From positions 414,863 through 478,862 of the forward strand of contig CAWIDA010000009.1 in NCBI GenBank assembly GCA_963834815.1: DNA of 64,000 nucleotides, given 5' to 3'. The position numbers and the translations under genes are program-made. Numbering within the stretch: the stretch's first letter is position 1; each line of letters begins with the position of its first letter. Of the stretch, positions 18,827 through 29,246 are shown in pieces. Source of the stretch: an uncultured Acidobacteriaceae bacterium (GTDB taxonomy: Bacteria; Acidobacteriota; Terriglobia; Terriglobales; Acidobacteriaceae). A model generated the notes under the pieces. That model had not been told where the DNA came from, made no database searches, and was given only the letters and a program-made list of their open reading frames with translations.

Positions 18827-19747
18827 ATGAAACAAGATGCAAAGCCTGCGGTTCAGGCCCGGGAATCGTCCTTCGTTAATCTTCTTTCGGGATGGGTGCA
18901 GCAGGGAGTCGAGAACTTCTTTGCCACGCAGCGCATCCTGGTGGACCTGGCGATGCGCCAGAACGGGACGGTGATCGATGTCATGCGGGAGAAGCTGACC
19001 GCTCCCGATTTTCGGCCGGTCGCGATGGTCAAGGAGTTCGCGGGAGAGGGTCTGGCGAATTTCATCGAGGGCCAGAAGTTGCTTCTCGGGTTGGCCCAGA
19101 CGGAGAGCGAGATCCTGGCAACCGGGTTTAAGGAGCGGATCGGCGGATTGGTTGTTACCGATGCGCTGGTGGAAACCATTCGGCGCGGCGTTGACACTTT
19201 TGTCGAAATGCAGATGGATTACTTGAAGAGCGCAAGCAAGCAGGTGCATGGGCGCCTGGCCGCCGTGAAAGCCGGCGAAGAGTATGAAGGCGATAGCCTG
19301 GTCGACCTGGCTCGCGAGGGACTGGAGAATTTCGTGCAGGCGCAGAAGAAATTCCTCCATGTCGTTGCCGAGGAGACGTCCAAGGTGACCGGCGGCAAAG
19401 AGACCACAGTGAGCAAGATGAAAAAGACGGAGCTTACCGAATTGGCGCGTGAGGCGGCAGATTCGTTCATCGACGCCCAGAAGAAGTTGATGGACGTCGC
19501 TGCGCGGCAGATCCATGTCACCCTTAAGACCGCCGGACATGCGGCCAAGCTGATGCCGGAAGTTCCCTACCGGGACATTCCGGACCTGACTCGTGAAGGC
19601 TTCAGAAGCTTCGTCGAAGCCGAGAAGGCCGTGATCGAGTCCGTAACCAAAAGGCCGGAAATGAAAATGAGGAAGGCTCCGATGAAGGGTGCACGTCGTG
19701 GAAAACGCACCGCACCCAAACCTCGGACAATTCCAGTCACTGCCTAG
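18827..19747 (+). CDS. Six-repeat amphipathic-helix protein (phasin / lipid-droplet-coat-like) with a strongly basic C-terminal tail
   Basis: Perfect SD GAGGAGG lies 6 nt upstream of ATG 18827. Six units of about 46 aa share the core G-x-x-x-F-x-x-x-Q (QGVENFFATQ, EGLANFIEGQ, RGVDTFVEMQ, EGLENFVQAQ, EAADSFIDAQ, EGFRSFVEAE). The conserved Phe is at aa 31, 79, 125, 169, 214 and 262. The tail is MRKAPMKGARRGKRTAPKPR. Confidence 0.8.
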   Translation: MKQDAKPAVQARESSFVNLLSGWVQQGVENFFATQRILVDLAMRQNGTVIDVMREKLTAPDFRPVAMVKEFAGEGLANFIEGQKLLLGLAQTESEILATGFKERIGGLVVTDALVETIRRGVDTFVEMQMDYLKSASKQVHGRLAAVKAGEEYEGDSLVDLAREGLENFVQAQKKFLHVVAEETSKVTGGKETTVSKMKKTELTELAREAADSFIDAQKKLMDVAARQIHVTLKTAGHAAKLMPEVPYRDIPDLTREGFRSFVEAEKAVIESVTKRPEMKMRKAPMKGARRGKRTAPKPRTIPVTA

Positions 19748-19810
19748 TCCTGGGAATTGAGAAGTCGGCGTTTCTCCGGCTGCGAGGTGAGGACGGGGTT
19801 GAGCGACATT

Positions 19811-19850
19811 GGTCGTTCCGTTGCGTTGGCAGCGGAACGACCCATTTCTT
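19811..19850 (+). terminator. Candidate intrinsic terminator after the repeat-protein gene
   Basis: 10-bp stem GGTCGTTCCG (19811-19820) / CGGAACGACC (19833-19842) with a 12-nt loop, followed by the T-rich CATTTCTTCC. Confidence 0.45.
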
Positions 19851-19895
19851 CCGCTTGCCACTTACCGAGGCGCGCATGTACGAGAGGAAGAAGAA

Positions 19896-21152
19896 ATGGA
19901 AAATGCGCTCGGTTTAGTAATGACGGGGGGAGGGGCTCGGGGCGCCTATCAGGCTGGCGTTCTCAAGCGCATTGGTGAGATACCTCGCGTCCAGGCGCAT
20001 GGCAATCCCTTCCCGATCATTGGAGGCTCTTCCGCCGGCGCGGTGAATGGATGCGCTCTCGCGGTTGGGTGCGACGAATTTTCCATCGCCACTAAGATTC
20101 TTGCGAAGCTCTGGTCAGAGCTGCGACCTACCGATATTTTCCGCTGTGATGTTTTTGCCCAGGCGCGTAATTCGATTACGTGGATCCTGGACCTCTCCTT
20201 CGGCGCAGTTCTGGGCGGAGGCAATGCAAGGTCGTTGCTGGACGCGTCTCCGTTGCGGCACTTTCTCCGTTCCCATCTTGATTGCGATCGCATCCAGTCG
20301 AACATTAAGCGGGGTTATCTTTACGCGCTCGCCATTTCCGCGACCAACTACAACTCCGGCAAGAGTTACCTGTTCATTCAAGGCGTGAAGGGCCATCCCA
20401 TGTGGAATCGCAGCCGGCGGGTCACGCTGGCTACGAAGATCACAACCGACCACGTTTGCGCGTCGGCGGCGATTCCCCTGGTCTTTCAGCCCGTGCGGCT
20501 CAAAACGGCCCGAGGCACGGCATTTTTTGGGGACGGCTGTCTGCGTTTGCAGCAACCGTTGAGCCCGCTTATTCGTTTGGGTGCGGAGCGAGTCTTCGGT
20601 ATTGGGGCTCGCGGCCAAAGTCTCGAACACCAGGAAGAAACCTCCGATGAGACCGAGCCTTCATTGGCTCAGGTGATGGGAGTCATCTTCAACGTAATGT
20701 TCCTGGACCATCTGGCTACGGACATCGAGCACCTCGATCGCCTGAACAAGCTGCTTCGCGAAGGCCAGATCAGCCAGACGGGCATCGAAGGATGCGAAAG
20801 GATGCGCCCGCTGGCTACGTTTCTTATTACGCCTTCTATCGATCTCTCAGAACTGGCGCGGCAACACCAGAAAGACATGCCGTACCTGATCCAGTACTTC
20901 GTAAACGGATTGGGACGGGATGCAGCGTCGTGCTCCGACCTGATGAGCTACCTGCTCTTCACGCCCAAATATACCCGTGCGCTTATCGACATTGGGTACA
21001 ACGACGCCCACCGGCGAATCGACGAGATCGAGGACTTTCTATTCGCTTCCGGCGAAGGCGGCAGCCCTTTAAACGGCATCGAAGCGGCCAAGTCAAAACC
21101 GCCTGGCGTATCGAGCAAACGGCCATCGAGCCCCGTCAAGTCAAGCAGTTGA
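19896..21152 (+). CDS. Patatin-like phospholipase / lipase
   Basis: GLVMTGGGARGAYQAGVL (oxyanion GGxR), GGSSAGAVNG (GxSxG) and FFGDGCL (the Asp of the Ser-Asp dyad). I prefer ATG 19896, with GAGAGGAAG upstream. Confidence 0.88.
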   Translation: MENALGLVMTGGGARGAYQAGVLKRIGEIPRVQAHGNPFPIIGGSSAGAVNGCALAVGCDEFSIATKILAKLWSELRPTDIFRCDVFAQARNSITWILDLSFGAVLGGGNARSLLDASPLRHFLRSHLDCDRIQSNIKRGYLYALAISATNYNSGKSYLFIQGVKGHPMWNRSRRVTLATKITTDHVCASAAIPLVFQPVRLKTARGTAFFGDGCLRLQQPLSPLIRLGAERVFGIGARGQSLEHQEETSDETEPSLAQVMGVIFNVMFLDHLATDIEHLDRLNKLLREGQISQTGIEGCERMRPLATFLITPSIDLSELARQHQKDMPYLIQYFVNGLGRDAASCSDLMSYLLFTPKYTRALIDIGYNDAHRRIDEIEDFLFASGEGGSPLNGIEAAKSKPPGVSSKRPSSPVKSSS

Positions 21153-21250
21153 ATAGGTGATGGAGGAGGATGCCTGCGGGTATCCCCTGAAGGTGTTTGG
21201 CGCCTGAGGTGAAGGCTCCCTGCAGCGGCTATATGTGCACTAGTCAGGAG

Positions 21251-22513
21251 TCATTCGTGGCGCAAGGACTCGATGGGATCCAGTTTGGCGGCCAACTTGG
21301 CGGGGAGGGTTCCGAAGGCGATTCCCACCGAACACGAAACAACGATCGCAATGAGCGCAGAGAGAAGCGGTATGGGCAGGTATGCGTCGGTGAAGAACCG
21401 TAGCGAAAACGGTATCGCCAGTCCTAATAGCGTGCCCACAATTCCACCAACCAGGGAGATCAATACTGCCTCGGTTAGGAACTGCAATTCGATCTCGATG
21501 CGGGTTGCTCCCACGGCTTTGCGGATACCGATCTCCCGGATGCGGGAGCTGACGGTGGCCAGCATGATATTCATGATGCCCACTCCACCGACGATGAGGG
21601 TGACCACCGCGAACAGCAACAGAATAAGGGTGAATGCGTTGGCGGTCTTTTCCGCGACCTGAAGCACTTCGGTAAGATTGTCCACCTTGTATTCCGATTC
21701 CGGGCGATGGCGCGACTTGATGACCCGCAGAATTTCAGCTGTGCCCGACGGCACACTTTCGCTGTCATACATGGTGAAATAAATCTGGTTGATCGACTTT
21801 GTGCCGGTCATGCGACGGGCCACCGTGTAGGGAATGAGGATGGTGTCGTCCTGGATCTCCGAGCGGCCGAAAGTTTCCATGCTTTCCCGAAAGGTGCCGA
21901 CAATTACGAAGGGCAATCCCATGATCTTGATGCCCTGCCCCAAGGCCAACTCGCTTCCGCCGTAATGGAGTTCGGCAAATTTCTGCGTGACCAGGCAGAC
22001 CTTGTTGAAGAGTTCCGAGTCCTGATCGTCGAAGAACCGGCCCGTCACCACCCGCATTCGCCGGACCTCTTTGTAGTTGGGTTCGACTCCCAGGATCAGG
22101 ATGTCGAGTTCCTTGCCGCCTCCGGTGGAGATCCGCTCGTGAAGGTTCAGTACCGGAGTAGCAGCCTTGATCTCGGGCACCTGTTGCTCGGCGGCGATCA
22201 TGTCGTCGAACGTCAGATAATCGCGGACCGACGCATTCGCCCCGGCATTGACCAGCCCTTCGTACTCTGCCCACACCAGATTGGTGCCGATGTTCTCGAT
22301 CTGGGCGAGGACATACTGCTTTCCAGACAGGGCGATTGTGACCACCAGGATGAGGGAACTGGTTCCGATGACCATGCCAAGAGCGGTCATGGTGGCGCGC
22401 CCTTTGTCGGCACGAAACGCCGCCAGCGCCTGAGAGAGAAATTCCCCGAACGCCATGCTTCGGCTTGCGTTCGCCAAGGCAAGGGGCAAGGACTTAGCCC
22501 CCAAGTCGGACAT
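21251..22513 (-). CDS. MacB-like ABC transporter permease (MacB periplasmic core plus FtsX domain). No ATPase gene is adjacent.
   Basis: An N-terminal TM helix, a large extracytoplasmic domain, and a C-terminal FtsX block LLLFAVVTLIVGGVGIMNIMLATVSSRIREIGIRKAVGATR. The start is 6 nt after the upstream EamA stop. Confidence 0.85.
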   Translation of the reverse strand: MSDLGAKSLPLALANASRSMAFGEFLSQALAAFRADKGRATMTALGMVIGTSSLILVVTIALSGKQYVLAQIENIGTNLVWAEYEGLVNAGANASVRDYLTFDDMIAAEQQVPEIKAATPVLNLHERISTGGGKELDILILGVEPNYKEVRRMRVVTGRFFDDQDSELFNKVCLVTQKFAELHYGGSELALGQGIKIMGLPFVIVGTFRESMETFGRSEIQDDTILIPYTVARRMTGTKSINQIYFTMYDSESVPSGTAEILRVIKSRHRPESEYKVDNLTEVLQVAEKTANAFTLILLLFAVVTLIVGGVGIMNIMLATVSSRIREIGIRKAVGATRIEIELQFLTEAVLISLVGGIVGTLLGLAIPFSLRFFTDAYLPIPLLSALIAIVVSCSVGIAFGTLPAKLAAKLDPIESLRHE

Positions 22514-22519
22514 CGACGA

Positions 22520-22894
22520 CTACCCCTTTCCTAGAAATACCAGGGTGACACCAATGCACACTAAGATGATGCCGGTCCAGCGCCGCAGGCTTAAGCGTTC
22601 GCCAAGGAAGAACTTTCCCCCGAGGGCCCCGGCGACGTAGCTCAGCGCCGTGACCGGAACCACAAAGCTGACCTCTTCAATGGACAGTACCGCCAACAAC
22701 GAGAAAAATGCCAGTGTCATCATGCCAACGCCGACCCACATCCACTTGACCCGCAAGGCCCGCCCGATGACCTTCACAATCGCTACGGGGCGAAAGTCTT
22801 TGACTTCGCCGGTTTGTTTCATCGCCCGCGAGACACAAAGCTCACCGGCCGTCCCTGCTACCACGATCAGGAAGAAATAGATGAACTTGATCAT
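22520..22894 (-). CDS. Half-size EamA/DMT family transporter subunit (124 aa, 4 TM)
   Basis: Typical EamA C-terminal motif GERLSLRRWTGIILVCIGVTLV. It overlaps the upstream paralog by 4 nt (22891-22894). Confidence 0.8.
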   Translation of the reverse strand: MIKFIYFFLIVVAGTAGELCVSRAMKQTGEVKDFRPVAIVKVIGRALRVKWMWVGVGMMTLAFFSLLAVLSIEEVSFVVPVTALSYVAGALGGKFFLGERLSLRRWTGIILVCIGVTLVFLGKG

Positions 22895-23364
22895 GGTTGA
22901 TGGTGCTCCGTGGTGCGAGGGTTAGTCCGGCCGACGATGAAGACACCGAGACAGATGATCGCGATACCTGTCCACCTCAGCGGCGACACGGTCTCGCCCA
23001 ACAAGAAAATCGACAGCAAGGCGACAACACCATAGGCCATCGACGATGCGGGCTGGACAAAACTATAGTCCGCCCAGGAGAGAACCAGGATGTTGGCGAC
23101 GAAGAATGTCAGCAGTGAAGCCACCCCCAGCCAGATCGCGGTGGTCGTGAACACCCGCTCGACCACATGCGCAAGGTCCGCGGGAGAGGTGATCGCTGTG
23201 TTTCCGACGCTCTTCATGCCTTTGCCCAGCATTACGTTCCCCAAAGGACCAGCAATGATCATGATCAGGATCATGACGAAAGTCTTGAAATGAAGCGGCG
23301 TGTGAGAATCCATCAGGCTCCTGGACTCGAAGGCCGCGGCGAACGGTAAGGGATCATAGAACAA
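22891..23364 (-). CDS. Half-size EamA/DMT family transporter subunit (about 140-157 aa, 4 TM)
   Basis: Motif GETVSPLRWTGIAIICLGVFIV. The start is ambiguous between 23364 and 23313. Confidence 0.78.
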   Translation of the reverse strand: MFYDPLPFAAAFESRSLMDSHTPLHFKTFVMILIMIIAGPLGNVMLGKGMKSVGNTAITSPADLAHVVERVFTTTAIWLGVASLLTFFVANILVLSWADYSFVQPASSMAYGVVALLSIFLLGETVSPLRWTGIAIICLGVFIVGRTNPRTTEHHQP

Positions 23365-23688
23365 TGCTATAACACCGTTCCCCGTGTCCGAACAAGATTA
23401 CCTATACTTGTAATTCGGGCTCGGCACCGTACTACCGTGAGGCGGGCGGCGTGTTAATGCCTAGGAAAACGCCTCCCTCTAAGGCTTCGGTTCGCCTCGA
23501 TGCGGGGATGCGAATACAATGCCATGCTGTCTGGGCCCCCTTTGCGGAGAAGAAAGGACAAAAAGGACAAAGATGTGTTGCTTTCTGTCGTGAGCGACGA
23601 GAAGACTCGGTCGCTGGGACAATTGAGAAAGATCGGCTAAAATGACTGCAAATCTCATATCTGGCTGATAGAGCGGAGTGCCACAACT

Positions 23689-24576
23689 GTGTTTAGCCAC
23701 ACCGAAAGTGAGGCAATCATAAGGATGTATACGGACATGCAATGGTTCAGGCTTTGGGGGCGCCGAACCCGTTTGGGTTTAGTCACAACAGTTTCTCTGG
23801 CCCTTACTACTACCGTGCTCCTGGCGCCGCATGTCCCGTTAGGAAGCGCGTATCATGACTTTGCCGACAAGCGAACCATCTTGGGAATACCAAATTGCCT
23901 CGACGTATTATCAAATGTTCCTTTCATAATTGTGGGAGCGTGGGGAGTATTCTGGCTTCAGCGAAGACTGAGCAATAGTTCGTTTGTTGTGCGGCAGGAG
24001 CGGGTTCCATATTTGTTTTTTTTCGCGGGCGTTGGACTCACCGGTGTCGGTTCCTTCTGGTATCACTTGGCTCCTGGGAATTCTCGTCTTCCGTGGGATC
24101 TTCTGCCCATTGCCTGTTGCTTCATGTCAATGCTTGCAATCGTAATCATTGAGCGAATCAGCACGAGCGCCGGATTCTGGGTGTTTGTTCCTTTGCTTGC
24201 TCTTGGAGTCGCAAGTGTCGTCTCCTGGTATTACACCGAAGCACAAGGCCACGGCGACTATCGTTTTTATCTCGCCGCGCAATTCCTTCCGCCTATATTG
24301 GTGGCCATGATCATCGCCTTCTTCCCGGGTCGTTACACACGCACCGACTACTTGGCCATCGCCTTCTTCTTATACGTACTGGCAAAGATTTTTGAACGCT
24401 TCGACAATCAGATATATTCGGTGCTCGGTGTGAGCGGCCATTCGTTGAAGCATTTGACAGCCGCTGTTTCCTGCTACTGGATATTGAGAATGCTGCAGCA
24501 GCGACGGGCGGTCAAGGGTGTCGGTAAAGATGGTGTAAGGCTACATTTCCTCGATCACGAAGACCAGACTATTTGA
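23689..24576 (+). CDS. Polytopic membrane protein, alkaline-ceramidase-like family
   Basis: About 7 hydrophobic helices. N-terminal YHDFADKRTILGIPNCLDVLSNVPF, FWYHLAP, and an HxxxH in the last helix (GHSLKHL). The family call is from memory of the ceramidase/PAQR-like motif pattern. The start is ambiguous (GTG 23689, ATG 23725 or 23737). Confidence 0.6.
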   Translation: MFSHTESEAIIRMYTDMQWFRLWGRRTRLGLVTTVSLALTTTVLLAPHVPLGSAYHDFADKRTILGIPNCLDVLSNVPFIIVGAWGVFWLQRRLSNSSFVVRQERVPYLFFFAGVGLTGVGSFWYHLAPGNSRLPWDLLPIACCFMSMLAIVIIERISTSAGFWVFVPLLALGVASVVSWYYTEAQGHGDYRFYLAAQFLPPILVAMIIAFFPGRYTRTDYLAIAFFLYVLAKIFERFDNQIYSVLGVSGHSLKHLTAAVSCYWILRMLQQRRAVKGVGKDGVRLHFLDHEDQTI

Positions 24577-24591
24577 TCAATCGAACCGCTT

Positions 24592-25596
24592 TTGCAAGGA
24601 GGCCTCTTGAAAGTAGCCTTACTATCGCTATTGGTCTGTCCCACGTGCTGCAATAGTTTCGAAGCTCGCGTGGATCACAGCGACGGCGCGGAAATCATTG
24701 AGGGGTTACTCCTATGTGCAGGCTGTGGTTCTAATTATCCAATCACCCGAGGCGTCCCACGCTTCCTCATGGGTACACTAGCGAGTGATCAGAAGGCCAC
24801 AGTGGATGCCTTCGGCTACGAATGGACACACTTCTCGAAATTCACAGACGCCGACAGTAGAGAATTTCTTGGCTGGATCTCGCCTCTCACACCGGCCGAT
24901 TTTGAGGACCGCGTTGTTCTTGATGCGGGCTGTGGCAAAGGGCGGCATATCTTCCTGGCTGCTCAATTTCGGGCCCGCACTGTTGTAGGCATCGACCTGT
25001 CAAACGCCGTCGACGCCGCGTACCAGAACACCCGCCATCTGCCCAACGTGCACGTCGTCCAGGCGAGCATCTCGCATCTGCCTTTTGCAAACCCTTTTGA
25101 CTTGGCCTATAGCGTCGGCGTACTGCATCATCTTCCTGTTCCTAGGGAAGGTTTTCTCGCGTTGACAGAACACGTCAAGTCAGGTGGTCGAATCTCGATC
25201 TGGGTGTACGGGAAGGAAGGGAATCTTTGGATTGAGAAGCTAGTCGACCCTATTCGCAAGAATGTCACTTCACGATTGCCAAGACTGATTACCCGTTGTG
25301 TCTCGTTCTTCCCGGCATCGATACTCTACATTGCACTGAAGATTCTCTACCGCCCTGCACAGCGCATGCCATGGCTAAAGCGATTGTTGCCCTATTCTGA
25401 TTATCTTTGCTCTATATCCGACTACTCTTTCGCAGAGAATTTCTGGAATGTATTCGATCAACTGGTGGCGCCCACCGCCTTTTATATCAGCCAGGGAGAA
25501 GTTGCCGATTGGTTTGTATTTGCCAAGATACGGGAAACCAAGATTTCGCGTCACAATAGCAACAGTTGGCGAGGAACTGGTTTGATTCCGCAGTAG
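24592..25596 (+). CDS. Class I SAM-dependent methyltransferase with an N-terminal Trm112-like zinc ribbon
   Basis: CPTC..(x)..CAGCGSNYPITRGVPRF followed by VLDAGCGKGRH (SAM motif I). The start is TTG 24592 or TTG 24607 (AAGGAGG at 24596-24602). Confidence 0.85.
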   Translation: MQGGLLKVALLSLLVCPTCCNSFEARVDHSDGAEIIEGLLLCAGCGSNYPITRGVPRFLMGTLASDQKATVDAFGYEWTHFSKFTDADSREFLGWISPLTPADFEDRVVLDAGCGKGRHIFLAAQFRARTVVGIDLSNAVDAAYQNTRHLPNVHVVQASISHLPFANPFDLAYSVGVLHHLPVPREGFLALTEHVKSGGRISIWVYGKEGNLWIEKLVDPIRKNVTSRLPRLITRCVSFFPASILYIALKILYRPAQRMPWLKRLLPYSDYLCSISDYSFAENFWNVFDQLVAPTAFYISQGEVADWFVFAKIRETKISRHNSNSWRGTGLIPQ

Positions 25597-26007
25597 CAAC
25601 TTCGCGGTGATCACCAATCTGTGGAAGTAAACCTCGAAGAAGGTGCTGCAGTGTCTCCGCGAGAAGTGGGCTCGATCAATACCGCGCCCTAAAAACGAAC
25701 TCGGGGGCGGAGTGATGCCTTTCGGAGGGTTCCGGGCTAACGCCGCTAATATCCAGTCCCCCCATTCAGTACGTATCTATTTACGGACAGATTACGACGG
25801 ATAGTCACCTGCCTTCATCATTGATATAGTGCAAGCAGTGCTCGCGGTTCGTCCAGGCTGGTCTCCAGCCCGCTCCGCCGCGGCCAGTCTCCGATGCCGA
25901 CTGGAAACCAGACTCGCTTCAGCCTGTTAGATACCGGATTTCGACGCGGTCTCCCAGCGGATGGGGGTGTAGAACCCCGTTCCGGCGGTTTGATCAGTCG
26001 GACAAAT

Positions 26008-27810
26008 ATGCTAATGGACCGCAGCGTTTGGGGCATCTATCTCGTTGTACTCCTGTTCGCGACAGCAATTTACCTCGGCTGCATCATCTCTCCGCCGTCG
26101 CTGCAAGACGATGTGGATGCGGAGCAGGCTCAGAACGCGCGAAACATGCTCACGTCGGGCGACTGGGTCACGCAGCGCCTAGATGGCGTCATTTTTCTCG
26201 AGAAACCGCCGCTGATTTACTGGCTGATCGCCATCAGCTACGAAGTCTTCGGGGTGCACGATTGGGCCGCGCGCGTCCCTATCGCACTGTCGGCAATTGC
26301 ACTTTGCTGGTTGACCACGGCGTTTGGAATTTGGGCGTTCGGCAGGCGAGCCGGCTTCTATGCCGGTCTATGCATGGCGACGTGCGTCGGGCTATGGCTG
26401 TTCACGCGCGTTCTGATTCCCGACGTCACATTAACCTTCACGGTCGCTCTGGCCATGTGGGCGCTGCTGCGAGTTCTTGATGACGAGGAACCCCGGCCCC
26501 GGTTGTGGGCGTTTCTACTGGCGGCTAGTCTCGGCGCCGGACTGCTGCTGAAGAGTCTCATTGGCGTGGTGTTTCCGGTGGCGGCCGGGATAATTTACCT
26601 GGCCGTCACGCGACAGCTTTTTGTGGCTCGGACCTGGAAGCGTCTGCATCCGTTCGCAGGGACGCTGATCATTCTTCTCATCGCCGTGCCTTGGCATGTT
26701 CTGGCAACACTGCGCAACCCTCCTTACTTCGACTTTACGCTACGCAGCGTTCCGGGAGAGTACCACGGCTTCCTCTGGTTTTTCTTCATCAACGAGCAGT
26801 TGCTTCGCTTCCTGAACCTGCGCTACCCGCGCGACTACAACACCGTTCCCCGCCTTTACTTCTGGCTGTTTCACCTGGCCTGGCTGTTTCCATGGAGCGT
26901 CTACTTCCCCGCCGTGGTGAAGTTGTCTTACAAACCAGAAGACCGCGCCGGCAGGACTCGTCTGCTTGCCTTGTGCTGGATTGGCTTCATTCTGGTCTTC
27001 TTCACCTTCTCCACCACGCAGGAGTATTACTCGATGCCCTGCTACCCGGCGATGGCCTTGTTACTGGGCTCGGCAATGGCGGCGGGTGGCCAGTGGATCT
27101 CCAGAGGCACCCGCGTCTTGAGTGTCGTTGCAGGATGCGCCGCAGCCGCAATGATAGCCATCCTGGTGCTAGTGCGTAACGTGACAGTCGTCGGGGATAT
27201 TTCTTCAGCTCTTAGCCAGCACCCGGAAGCTTACACGCTCTCGCTCGGCCACATGGAGGACCTAACGGTGCGATCCTTCGCGTACCTTCGCCTTCCGCTG
27301 GCGGTGGCTGCATTGGCATGTTGCATCGGCATGCTCGGCACGTTTCGTGCACAGGGCCGGCGGGCTTTCATCGCTGCCGCCGTAATGATGCTCTTATTCT
27401 TTCATGCCGGCCGTTTAGCCATGGTCGACTTCGATCCCTTCTTATCTTCGAAGCAGTTTGCGGACGTGCTCGAGCGCTCACCTGAGGGAACGCTGATCGT
27501 GGACCATCATTATTACTGGTTTTCCTCGGTGTTCTTTTACACCAACCGGACGGCGTTGCTGTTGAACGGCCGATTCAACAACCTTTTGTATGGTTCGTAT
27601 GCTCCCGGCGCGCCAGACGTGTTTATCGATGATGCCAAGTTTAAGGAACTTTGGAGTAGTCCCGCGCTGAAATATTTAGCTACGCGGGATGAGGCGCTTC
27701 CCCGTCTGAAGGGCTTGGTGGGCACTGAGAACCTGCACCTGGTCACCGCGGGCGGAGGCAAAGTTCTCATGGCCAATCATGCCATTGCCGTCGAAAAAGC
27801 CCAACCGTGA
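26008..27810 (+). CDS. GT-C fold glycosyltransferase, family 39 / ArnT-PMT-like (polyprenyl-phosphate-sugar dependent)
   Basis: About 12 hydrophobic helices. The first-loop motif is DDVDAEQAQNARNMLTSGDWVTQRLDGVIFLEKPPLIYWL, typical of ArnT/PMT_2 enzymes. I prefer ATG 26008. Confidence 0.85.
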   Translation: MLMDRSVWGIYLVVLLFATAIYLGCIISPPSLQDDVDAEQAQNARNMLTSGDWVTQRLDGVIFLEKPPLIYWLIAISYEVFGVHDWAARVPIALSAIALCWLTTAFGIWAFGRRAGFYAGLCMATCVGLWLFTRVLIPDVTLTFTVALAMWALLRVLDDEEPRPRLWAFLLAASLGAGLLLKSLIGVVFPVAAGIIYLAVTRQLFVARTWKRLHPFAGTLIILLIAVPWHVLATLRNPPYFDFTLRSVPGEYHGFLWFFFINEQLLRFLNLRYPRDYNTVPRLYFWLFHLAWLFPWSVYFPAVVKLSYKPEDRAGRTRLLALCWIGFILVFFTFSTTQEYYSMPCYPAMALLLGSAMAAGGQWISRGTRVLSVVAGCAAAAMIAILVLVRNVTVVGDISSALSQHPEAYTLSLGHMEDLTVRSFAYLRLPLAVAALACCIGMLGTFRAQGRRAFIAAAVMMLLFFHAGRLAMVDFDPFLSSKQFADVLERSPEGTLIVDHHYYWFSSVFFYTNRTALLLNGRFNNLLYGSYAPGAPDVFIDDAKFKELWSSPALKYLATRDEALPRLKGLVGTENLHLVTAGGGKVLMANHAIAVEKAQP

Positions 27811-29160
<1,350 letters not shown>

Positions 29161-29246
29161 CATACTGGTCCGACCGGGAGAGTGCTTTGGATGCGGCGCT
29201 GAGCCGCCGTTCTACTCGCAGCGTCTATAGTAGCTTATGAACGGAT

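Noticed and set aside
23451-23645. A small ORF (64 aa) and neighbouring ORFs in the divergent spacer between the EamA operon and the ceramidase-like gene.
   Set aside because: There is no ribosome-binding site, the ORFs overlap on both strands, and the basic low-complexity translations suggest a non-coding promoter region.
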